From positions 39,308,001-39,372,000 of the forward strand of contig NC_086115.1 of NCBI RefSeq assembly GCF_963921235.1: DNA of 64,000 nucleotides. Reading direction: 5' to 3'. The position numbers were made by a program, and so were the translations under genes. This stretch comes from Mobula hypostoma (Eukaryota). The stretch's first letter is position 1; the number at the start of each line of letters is the position of its first letter. The notes beneath the pieces were generated by a model, which saw nothing but the letters and a program-made list of their open reading frames with translations, did no database searches and was not told where the DNA came from. Of the stretch, positions 45,626 to 56,555 are shown piece after piece.

Positions 45626-47180
45626 TCTGAGGTGAAAGAAGCGCATGGATGGCAAATGGTGGACTGAAAATAAAGGAAGACATACATGCACCTGGAAGGC
45701 TTGTTGAAAGCCTGTATGAGGTGCCTACAGGAAATTCATCCCACACTCTACAGGAGCGTGAAGTCTGGAACCTTAAGCTAATCTTCCAGCATGGAAGGAA
45801 CTAGTAGCTTACCAAACTGTTCACAGTTCAATGTCCAATACAGAGGTACTCTAGCAAAGGCAAAAGCTTCCCATCAGTGGAGGACCAACCTCTCTTTTCT
45901 CAGACCTAGAATTCTGTCATCATGGATCTGGGCTGAATAATTCTGGGAGCTTTAAGACACTGACAGCACTTGCGTAATACATCTTACAGCAGGCTATGAA
46001 GTCCAGGGGAATGTTAATGGTTCTGTGAAGAGTCTGTTCTCCTCTCAGTAAAACAGTATTTAACTTCCTGCCACTGTGGCCTTGCAATTGCACGTTAGGT
46101 ATTTAGCGCAGGTTGCTTCCATCCTTACAATGGTGCCACTAAAGGTTTAGCTAATTAACCCATCTGCCCCTTACAACCATCTGTAATCTCCTTCATTATA
46201 ATGGAGCCAATGTCTCCCACTGGAGAGCAGAACTTAAGGGTAATTTGACTGATATGAATGCATGAAAGACAGGCACTAGGGAAACCCATAAGGGTGAATG
46301 GTCAATAATCAAAAAGGTTTTGCTCTTTAGTGTAAGCATGAAATTAGAAGGTGTACATGGTGAACAACACCCACAAAATGTTGGAGGAGCTCAGTCGTGC
46401 AGGCAGCTTCTATGGAGAGAAATCAACAGTTGACATTTTGAGCCAAGACCCTTCATCAGGACTGAAACAGAAAGAAGTCAGGTTTTGATATTCATGATTT
46501 TTGCAGTAAGGAACTACAAAAAATAATTACTGACAGAATGGTGGAGCATAGTTGTACGTCACAAGGAGGTTTTGGATTTCCCTTCATTCCTGGGTGTTGG
46601 ACGTTGACTGAAGATCATCATTTGATGCTTGTCTCTCATTGTTACTCAACTTAAAGCAATAATAAATGAGAATGCAAATGGAATGAGAAAATATATTTTT
46701 AGGTAAAAATTTTGAGTGACTTGGAGCCTGCCTTGCCTTAGTGTCTTAAAGATTGCACAGGGAAGAAAATAGAGAGCACCATTCAAAGTTTTCAGGGGCT
46801 GCAGACAACTTTTTCAACAGCATTGCCTCTTTCAGTGAACTTACTGTCCCCTGCACTAAGAACGCCATAACAAAGGGACACAGGGGGCAGGAACTAACAT
46901 GCAAGGAAGGCTAGTTGATTTCCATCAAGTCAGAGGCAAAATAATTCATAAATTTAGTCTGAAATATTTATTTTGGGGCAGATTTTGTATTTGCTTTGAA
47001 GCCAAGTGAATGGAGTATGGTTAGTGACAGTATGAGGAGAAAGTGTGGACCGGTAACAAATGGTGACTCAGGCTTGTGGTTACAGGGATCATGAGGAGAT
47101 AAGTTATACATGGAAAGAAGAAGTTATTGGAGACACCTCTGTCCTTCCTGCTTCTTCTTCTCCTCCTCCCTAATCTTCAG

Positions 47181-47405
47181 CTGCTCGCTGTACACAAGTG
47201 CAGATGTAGAGGGGAGGAATGTGCCATCATAATGGAAACTTTGTGTCTGGTGAGGGCAAGTGGCAAGGTTCTGTCTGGGTTCAGCAGACAACAGAATCAT
47301 GATGATTGTGCTCACACTTCTTGTGGTAGCATGGCTTTCATGTGGCTACACCAAATGGTAGATTGCAGGGAGAGCGGCCTTTCATTGTACCTTGTTGCTG
47401 CTCAG
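47181..47405 (+). other. Candidate in-frame cassette exon (or pseudo-exon) in DNTT intron 2
   Basis: ~40-nt polypyrimidine tract, then CTAAT and CTTCAG|. 225 nt, stop-free in phase 0, donor CAG|GTAAGA. No homology recognised. Confidence 0.2.
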
Positions 47406-47439
47406 GTAAGAGAACTGTTCCCCGAATTCTCTAGACTGT

Positions 47440-47590
47440 AGGTGACTCAGAAAATATATGGACAATATGAAGGAACTAACAGATCTCAGTGTGTGAGATA
47501 TCATTGGCGCCGCATGGGATCGTTCGATGTGGAAAGCCATGATCACCCAAGCATGTAACGCGCAAGGCACACGAAGAGAGAAGAGAGAGT
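47440..47590 (+). mobile_element. RTE-like LINE extreme 3' end
   Basis: Reads ...AAWDRSMWKAMITQACNAQGTRRE and is followed by a GA-rich tail. Confidence 0.55.
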
Positions 47591-48254
47591 AGGTGACTCA
47601 CCTTCACTCCTTCTTCATGTTTCCAACAACCTGCCCTACTGTAGCCACCCTCTCCTCATCCTCTCAGTTAATCCGCGCTTTCAGAGGAATTTCTACAAAT
47701 ATACCCATGAGAGGAAGCAACAGGTACGTGCAGATGTTTGAAATCTGAAACAAGTTTTTCATTAATTATCACATTATCACATCAGCTCCATTTTGTCATC
47801 TGCAACATTAAACACGTGGAACCATAGCAACTGGCAGAAGAATTTCTAATACAATACACGTGCAAATAATAGCTGATCCTTCTTTAAACAGAGCAGCTAG
47901 GTGCAGAGTGGAGAGGTTTTGTTCATAGATGGAGATCAATTCTTCCTGTCCTCAAATTTTGAGAGTAATTTTGAGAGGTGTTGGTTGGATTCCTGTCCTC
48001 TGAAGTGACAGCACATTGTTAGTAGCTCTGCTCCACACATCCTAGCTATCCAACCCAATGCTGATGGTATCCACTTTGTGTATCAAGTTTGGGATGGACT
48101 GAGTGTAGATTCTGCCAGAACATTAAGCTTTGGGTTGGATCTGGTTGCTTTTGCATTGAAATGGTTCAATACAAAATGGTTTGATGCAGCTCGCAGTGGC
48201 CACTCCGGTGGTGATATCTGTTATCTGTCAAGTAGGGTGCCGTGCACAATTCTG

Positions 48255-48828
48255 ATTTGATGGAGACAGATGTGAGAGCACGGAGGAACATCTGGTGAAA
48301 CTTCTGAAATGCCTGCTACGCTGCCGCTGCTACTGTGCGATCCAGAATCTCCGGAAGGGAAGGCCCTGAATCCTCGGCTTTGCTTGTTGCTTGGCGGCTG
48401 GGGCAGGGTCGAAGCGCTCAGCGGAGGATGGTGCTTGGTGCTCGGTGTCGGAGGGCTGGTCAGAGGCTCGATGTTTTCGGACGGACTCAGAGTCCGCTAT
48501 GGTCGGGTGCTTCCAGGATGCTGCATCGGCAAGTTTGTGGCACTTGGAGGTTCATGGCAGGGAGAGTTTCTCTCTTCTACCGTCTGCGTGAGATGATGGG
48601 GCTATCGGGACTTGAGACTTTTTTTTTACCATGCCCATGGCCTGCTCTTTATCAAATTATAGTATTACTTTGCACTGTTGTAACTATATATTATAATTAT
48701 GTGGTTTTGTCAGTTTTAGTCTTGGTTTGTCCTGTGTTTCTTGTGTTATCATTCTGGAGGAACATTGTATCATTTTTTAATGCATGCATTTCTAAATGAC
48801 AATAAACGAGGACTGAGTGTCCTCATAA
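48255..48828 (+). mobile_element. CpG-rich interspersed repeat (unclassified retroposon), tail split by a CR1
   Basis: GC/CpG-rich head, T-rich body, 'aaatgacaataaacgaggactgagtgtcctcataa' end. TCTAATCTAA resumes right after the CR1 tail at ~51424. Confidence 0.5.
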
Positions 48829-51427
48829 AAGGACCCTGATGGCAGTTATTTATAGGCCTCCAAACAGCTGCAGGGATGTGGACTACAAATTACAAACGGA
48901 AATAGAAAAGGCTTGTCAGAAGGGCAGTGTTATGATAATTGTGGGGGATTTTAACATGCAAGTGGATTGGGAAAATCAGGTCGGCACTGGATCTCAAGAG
49001 AGAGAATTTGTAGAATGTCTGTGAGATGGCTTTTTAGAACAGCTTGTTGTTGAGCCCACTAGGGGATTGGCTGTACTGGATTGGGTATTGTGTAATGAAC
49101 CGGAGGTGATTAGAGAGATTGAGGTTAAGGAATCCTTAGGAGGCAGTGATCATAACATGATTGAGTTCACTGTGAAATTTGAAAAAGAGAAGCCGAAATC
49201 TGATGTGTCGATGTTTCAGTGGAGTAAAGGAAATTACAGTGGCATGAGAGAGGAACTGGCAAAAGTTGACTGGAAAGGGACACTGGCAGGAAAGACAGCA
49301 GAGCAGCAGTGGCTGGAGTTTATGCGAGAAATGAGGAAGGTGCAAGACAGGTATATTCCAAAAAAGAAGAAATTTTCGAGTGGAAAAAGGATGCAACCGT
49401 GGTTGACAAGAGAAGTCAAAGCCAAAGTTAAAGCAAAGGAGAGGGCATACAAGAAAGCAAAGATTAGTGGGAAGACAGAGGATTGGGAAGTTTTTAAAAC
49501 CTTACAAAAGGAAACCAAGAAGGTCATTAGGAGGGAAAAGATTAATTATGAGAGGAAGCTAGCAAATAATATCAAAGAGGATACTAAAAGCTTTTTCAAG
49601 TATATAAAGAGTAAAAGACAGGTGAGAGTAGATATAGGACTGATAGAAAATGATGCTGGAGAAATTGTAATGGGAGATAAGGAGGTGGCAGAGGAACTGA
49701 ACGAGTATTTTTGCATCAGTCTTTACTGAGGAAGACATTAGCAGTATACCGGACACTCAAGGGTGGCAGGGAAGAGAAGTGTGCGCAGTCACAATTACGA
49801 CAGAGAAAGTACTCAGGAAGCTGAATAGTCTAAAGGTAGATAAATCTCCTGGACCAGATGGAATGCACCCTCGTGTTCTGAAGGAAGTAGGTGTGGAGAT
49901 TGCGGAGGCATTAGCGATGATCTTTCAAAAGTCGATAGATTCTGGCATGGTTCCGGAGGACTGGAAGATTGCAAATGTCACTCCGCTATTTAAGAAGGGG
50001 GCAAGGAAGCAAAAAGGAAATTATAGACCTGTTAGCTTGATATCAGTGGTTGGGAAGTTGTTGGAGTTGATTGTCAAGGATGAGGTTACAGAGTACTTGG
50101 AGGCATATAACAAGATAGGCAGAACTCAGCATGGATTCCTTAAAGGAAAATCCTGCCTGACAAACCTATTACAATTTTTTGAGGAAATTACCAGTAGGCT
50201 AGACAAGGGAGATGCAGTGGATGTTGTATATTTGGATTTTCAGAAGGCCTTTGACAAGGTGCCACACATGAGGCTGCTAAACAAGATGAGAGCCCATGGA
50301 ATTATGGGAAGGTTACATACGTGGATAGAGCGTTGGCTGATTGGCAGGAAACAGAGAGTGGGAATAAAGGGATCCTATTCTGGTTGGCTGCCGGTTACCA
50401 GTGGTGTTCCACAGGGGTCTGTGTTGGGGCCGCTTCTTTTTACATTGTACATCAACGATTTGGATTATGGAATAGATGGCTTTGTGGCTAAGTTTGCTGA
50501 TGGTACGAAGATAGGTGGAGGGGCCAGTAGTGCTGAGGAAACGGAGAGTTTGCAGAGAGACTTGGATAGATTGGAAGAATGGGCAGAGAAGTGGCAAATG
50601 AAGTATAATGTTGGAAAGTGTATGGTTATGCACTTTGGCAGAAATAATAAACGGGCAGACTATTATTTAAATGGGGAAAGAATTCAACGGTGAGGTGCAA
50701 CGGGACTTGGGAGTCCTTGTACAGGATACCCTTGAAGTTAACCTCCAGGTTGAGTCAGTAGTGAAGAAGGCGAATGCAATGTTGGCATTCATTTCTAGAG
50801 GAATAGAGTATAGGAGCAGGGATGTGATATTGAGGCTCTATAAGGCGCTGGTGAGAACTCACTTGGAGTACTGTGGGCAGTTTTGGTCTCCTTATTTTAA
50901 GAAAGGATGTACTGACGTTGGAGAGGGTATAGAGAAGATTTACTAGAATGATTCCAGGAATGAGAGGGTTAACATATGAGGAACGTTTGTCCGCTCTTGG
51001 ACTGTATTCCTTGGAGTTTAGAAGAATGAGGGGAGACCTCATAGAAACATTTCGAATGTTGAAAGGCATGGACAGAGTGGATGTGGCACAGTTGTTTCCC
51101 ATGATGGGGGAGTCTAGTACGAGAGAGCATGACTTAAGGATTGAAGGGCGCCCATTCAGAACAGAAATACGAAGAAATTTTTTTAGTCAGAGAGTGGTGA
51201 ATCTATGGAATTTGTTGCCACGGGCAGCAGTGGAGCCTAAGTCGTTGGGTGTATTTAAGGCAGAGATTGATAGGTATCTGAGTAGCCAGGGCATCAAAGA
51301 TTATGGTGAGAAGGCGGGGGAGTGGGACTAAATGGGAGAATGGATCAGCTCATGATAAAATGGCGGAGCAGACTTGATGGGCCGAATGGCCGACTTCTGC
51401 TCCTTTGTCTTATGGTCTTATGGTCTA
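48829..51427 (+). mobile_element. CR1-type LINE, 5'-truncated, best-preserved copy in the window
   Basis: Endonuclease end (VIYRPPN, IVGDFN, SDHNMIEF), RT ORF 49779-50693 (NYRPVSLIS, YLDFQKAFDKV, GVPQGSVLGP, KFADGTK), C-terminus and (CTTATGGT)n tail. Stop at ~49022 and frameshifts near 49710, 50690 and 50900. Confidence 0.96.
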
Positions 51428-51469
51428 ATCTAAAAAAATACTTTATCAAACACAAAGAAGAAAAAATCT

Positions 51470-51830
51470 ACAGCTACTGGAAATCTGAGCAACACACTCA
51501 CAATGCTGGATGAATTCAGCAGGCCGGGCAGCATCTTTGGCAGGACTACAGCCTGAAACGTCAACTGTACTCCATTCCATAGATGCTGCCTGGCTTGCTG
51601 AGTTCCTCCAGCATTTTGTGTGTGTTGCTCAGATTTCCAGCACCTTCAGGTTTTCTCCCCTTTGTGGTTGGATTACTACTCTGCTAAATCTCGTCCAGGG
51701 ATGCCTACGCTGAAGAAGTTTAAATCTTCCATTCGTGTACTGCTGAAGTGTTTCAGCCTGAAACATTCATTGTACTCTTTTCCATAGATGCTGTCTTGAC
51801 TGCTGAGTTCCTCCATCATTTTGTGTGTGG
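51470..51830. mobile_element. Penelope-like terminal-repeat remnants (two adjacent, partly inverted)
   Basis: 'caatgctggatgaattcagcaggcc..gcagcatct' and reverse copies 'gatgctgcctggcttgctgagttcctccagcattttgtgtg'. Confidence 0.7.
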
Positions 51831-53089
51831 TGCAGTACTTTATCAAGCTTAGCACTATCTCACGAGAATGGAATGCATGAGATTGTAATATTTGTACATC
51901 AGTTTTGGTCATGATACATGTGGGAAAAAATCATAAGCTCATGGCATTGCATTTTACCTTTTTGTTTGACCAGACCTGTGTGTAATGGAGATGCACCAAG
52001 ATGTTGCCTGGATGGAGGATTTCAGTTATGGGGAGAGGTTGGACAGGGTGGGCTTGTTTTCCATATAGACACAGGCAAAAAGATGGGGCATGGACACAGT
52101 AAGTCCAAAGTCTTTTTTCTATTCTTCAGAGCTCTATGACTCTATGACCAAGTTTACTGCTCTGCATACTTTTGATTGGTAGTCACTGCATACAACAAGA
52201 TGATGTGATGCTTGACCCCAGAGCAATTTTGAACCTTCAAGGATTGTTCTAATTATTTAAAACCAGGTATAATTTTACCCCATTCTTTAAGGCTAATATT
52301 CTACCTTTTTATTAATTACATTATTATTAACCTGTCATGCTAAGATTTGTACACAAGTACCTATAGGCCTTCCTCAGCTGTTCTTGCTTAGACATAATAT
52401 CATTTTGATATTCTTCATATCAAAATGTAGTACCTTGCATTTTATTGTACTGTATTTTCACATGTCAGTTTTGATGAAGCCAACGTGCTAAATATCCTTT
52501 TCACCGCCATGATGACCTCTAATGCTACTTTCAGTGAACTGTGTACTTGTAGTCCTAGATCGGACAGTTCGGAGGTGGTCCAAGTGCAGGCGGAGAGACA
52601 CAGACACAAAATGAACATCCCTGAAGAAGGTGTCAGAGTTTGTCATCAAAACGTCGGTTATAATCAATACCTGTACCTGGCCAGAAGACTGAGAAGCGTT
52701 TATTCAATCATATATGTCAGAAAAGCACTCGATCCTTTTTCACAGAATGAACAGTTCACTGAGTTTAATAAGAACTGTACGGAACGAAGGAAAATAATGA
52801 ATGCTAGTCCAAAAGGGCTGCTAATTAAAAGTCTCAAACTAACTAAACCTAATGCTGTTACTGTGGCTCAAAAGCAGTAATCCAGAACTAAATTGTTATT
52901 GCTCCTTTAATAGCATCTATCTAAATCACTAATCTTCTTTCCTGGAATGTGGACTAAGTTATGCAGGGAGAACTGTTGTCATTGTACTTTGATCGAAACT
53001 TGACAAGACTGAATAAAAGGAATACTGTTCAATATAATTACAAAGGAGCCCTGTGAGAACGCCCATATTCTGTGGCTGTGTCCACAGCT

Positions 53090-54905
53090 GTGACACTCCA
53101 AGGCCTCCTTGACAGCCAGAAGTTCTTAGTTTGCAATATCATAGTCATGCAACAAGAAAGTAAAGCACAAAGGTGCAGCGGATTATCTATTGAAGACCAC
53201 TGAGAGAGTATAGCACCAATGCCAGCATCAGAAGTGTCAACCGAGATGATGAATGGATGGGATGATCTAGATGCTGCAGCACTGGGACAGTCGTGAAGCG
53301 TTGCTTTGGCTCTGAGCATGCTTAACCTACTCCACTTGTCCATTGGAAACTGGCGGAGGTCTTCTTGGTGAGTGCATTTATGGGAGTCATGATGGAACTG
53401 AAGTTTCTGAAGTGGTCATAAAAGTTTGCGAGCCCTGTGAAGTGCTTCACCTGTTTGACTGCAGGTGGTTTGGGCCACTCTGTGACTGCCTGAACTCTAC
53501 ATGGGTCCATTTGAGCACTGGAAGGGGTGAGGATGTAGCCCAGGAAGGACACCTTCTCTTTGTCGAACTTGTACTTCTCTGGGATGGTGTAAAGTTGTCC
53601 TGGAGGAGTCATTCGAGAACCCTTCGACTTGCTGGATGCGTTCCTGGCAGGACTGTCATCCAAATACACAAAAACAAATTGATCCAGCACGTCCTGGAGC
53701 ACATCACTGACCAGTTCCTGAATAGCAGCAGGGGTATTGGCCAGTCCAAATGGCACCATGAGGTAATCATAGTGGCCAGTGGGGCTGTTGAATACTGTCT
53801 TCCACTCATTCCCTTCTAGGATGCGAACCAGGTTGTAAGAGTTGCGTAGATCTGTCTTGGAGAATATGGTTGCTCACTGGATATGTTCAAATGCAGAGGC
53901 AAACAGGGGAAGAGGGTTGCAGTCCTTCATTGTGATGTTATTAAGCGGACAATAATCAATGCAAGGACACCCTTCTTGCTCACAAAAAAAGAAGCCTGCC
54001 TCTGTTGGTGAGGTGGATATATAGATAAATCCTAAACCTAATGCCTCTTAGATGTATTTTCCAGTGGCCACCATTTTAGAACGGGAGAGTGAAAACAGCT
54101 GGCCCCAAGGAGGACTAAAACTAGGTATGAGGTCAATGGTGCAGTTGTATGGCTGATGTGGAGGCAGGGAAGTGGCCCTCTTCTTACTGAGGTTCTGAAG
54201 AAAGTCAGCATATTCAGCCAGAACAGCAGACAGGTCGTCACTAGTTGTTGTTTCAGGAGGGGATACGCTGACACGGGTTTGAGCTGCACCCAGAGAGGTA
54301 GACGGGCACAAACGTGAAAGCTTACAGAGGCTGGAAATCTAAGCAGCAAACAGAAAATGCTGGAGGAACTCTGCAGGCCAGGCAGCATCTATGGAAAAGA
54401 GCAGACTGTCGAAGTTTCGGGCTGAGATCCTTCTTCAGGACTCCAGACATGCCAGTCCCCACTCCTGGAGTGTCTTTAGGGACCAATTAATCCATGGGTT
54501 GTGTTGGGAGAGCCGGAAAAGGCCACGAATCAGCGGCAGTTCAGGTGAAAAAAACAAGATCGAAGGAGAGCTGTTCACTATGGTTGCCTTCTAGCACAGG
54601 TTGGAGGGGCACTGTGGAAAGGTGGATCTTGCTGGTGCACAGAGGCCGGCCATTCAGATCCTTGTTATCAATATTCTCTCTCAATTGTTGAGCTTGAGAG
54701 CTATTCTTGAGGTTGCTGGCTGCCCTAGAGTCAATAAATACAGAACTCACAGGGGTGGGACCCCACAACAGTGAGGCCTGGAGAATTACTTAATTAAGGA
54801 AGGATGCTTGCAGGGAGAATTGGCCCGTCAGTATTCCCATTCTTACTCCTGGGCACTTGGGGCATATAACACCCAGAAGTATCCTGGAGATCCTCAGTAG
54901 AGTCA
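53090..54905 (-). mobile_element. Gypsy/Ty3 pol fragment (protease-RT-RNase H), different lineage from the other two
   Basis: Protease FIDSRAASN (54541-54768), YNCTIDLIP, RT MVPFGLANTPAA...FVFVYLDD, WPKPPAVKQVKHFTGLANFY, RNase H VDTSDAGIGAILSQ. Interrupted by a Penelope-like repeat at ~54317-54450. Confidence 0.9.
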
Positions 54906-56555
54906 GTGACCTGTTCTTATACGCCGACCTCTTTTCCCCTGAGATTTGAGTAACTCTACAAAAAACTCTAAAAGGTTGGTCAAGCATGACTTTCCACACA
55001 CAAAGCCATGTTAATCATACTGTGTCTATCCAATAGCAGCTATATCTTGTCCCTCAGAATTTCCTTCCGTAACTTCCCCAGTACAAATGTCAGACTGACC
55101 AGACTGTCGTTCCCTGTCTTGTCCTTGTTATCCTTCTTAAACAATGCAACAACTTTACATACCTTTCAATCTTTGGGAACTCTACTGGTGAATTCAGCAG
55201 ATATCTCTGCAAGGGCCTTCAGAATTTCTCCTGTAGTCTTACACAAAGTCCAACGATGCATTGATTCAGGCCTTGGATTTATCCATCTTAATTCACTGTA
55301 AGGTTGCTTATAACTCCTCTCTGGTAATTGGAATGTTCTCCACTTATTTCCCCTATCTCTAGAGCATCCTAGATTTCCTCTTCAGAATTATTCATTAAAA
55401 ATCCCACCCATTTCTTGCAGCTCAAGACACAGGCAGCTCTTCTGACCTCTGAGGGGACCTATGCACCCCACCCTCCCTGGCCACCCTTTTATTCTGAATA
55501 GAGCTATAGAACCTCTTGAGATTTTTCTTAAGCTTATCTGCCAGATCCTTCTCATCTCCACTCTTTGTCCTCCTGATTTCCTCCTTATGAGTATTCAAAT
55601 CTTTTTATAGGTTATGAAGGGATTCACTCATCTCTGACCTCCCGTGCCTTAATATCTCTGGTCAGCCAGGTTTCCCTGAACAGAAGGATGCTGCTCCTGG
55701 ATTCTTCATATAAACTTTTTCAAAGCCTCCCACTTGCTATAGTCCTGATGAAGGGTCTTGACGCGAAACATTCACTGTACCTCTTCCTAGAGATGCTGCC
55801 TGGCCTGCTGCATTCACCAGCAACTTTGATGTGTGTTGCTTGAATTTCCAGCATCTGCAGAATTCTTCGTGCTTGCCACTTGCTATTCACTTCTTTCCTT
55901 CGAACAGGCTCGCCTAATGAACCTGTGTAAGATCCTGCTTAATTCTGTCAGCAGTAACTTGCTCCAGTTTAGTATCATGACCTCTGACCTGTCCTATCCT
56001 TTTACATCACCATCTTAAAACTAATAGAAGTACGGTTGCTAGAGCCAAAGTGCTCCCTAACTGCCACTTCAGTTATCTGCTCTGCCTGGTTCCTTCAGAA
56101 AAAGTTCAGTATTGCACCCTCCCAAGAAGGGCCCTCTATATATCGACTCATGAAACTTTTCTGGGCTTATTACACAAATTCCTCTCCAGACCTCTTACAC
56201 TCTGTGTGGCCCAGTCAATACCAGGGAAGTTAAGATTTCCAGCAATACAATTGTATCATTTTTACAACCATCAACATCTTCTCTATACACCTGCTCCTCA
56301 AGGTCCTGCTGACTACTCGGGGGTGGGGGGGGGCTCTATAAACAGCTGCATCACAGTGACTCTAAGTTCTACACACATGGCTTTGTTGGAAGATCCCTCA
56401 AAAGTACTGCTGTTATGTCCTCCCTTATCAAAATACCAACAACCGCATTTGCTTACCTGCACCTTTCTCATGCCTGCAGCATCTGTATCCTGGAATACTG
56501 AGCTGCCAATCCTACCGTTCCCCCAGCCTTGTTTCTGATATGGCTGTAACACCTA
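54905..56555 (-). mobile_element. CR1-type LINE fragment (endonuclease to RT N-terminus), interrupted by a Penelope-like repeat at 55741-55868
   Basis: Minus strand encodes VVALFKKDNKDKTGNDSLVSL (CR1 RT domain 0/1 like). ORF 56313-56552 FQDTDAAGMRKVQVSKCGCWYFDKG (APE region). Confidence 0.75.

Noticed and set aside
52074-52091. GKKMGH peptide identical to a TdT catalytic-region motif (GKKMGHDVDFL)
   Set aside because: The next residues are GHSK, not DVDF. It follows a CR1 fragment, lacks suitable splice sites, and would precede exons 3-7.
52485-52880. 131-aa ORF in intron 2
   Set aside because: No recognisable domain, not TdT exon 3, and a non-ATG start.
56352-56379. CACAGTG + 12-nt spacer + ACACACATG (cryptic 12-RSS)
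   Set aside because: The nonamer matches only 5/9, it lies within a CR1 fragment, and it is expected by chance.
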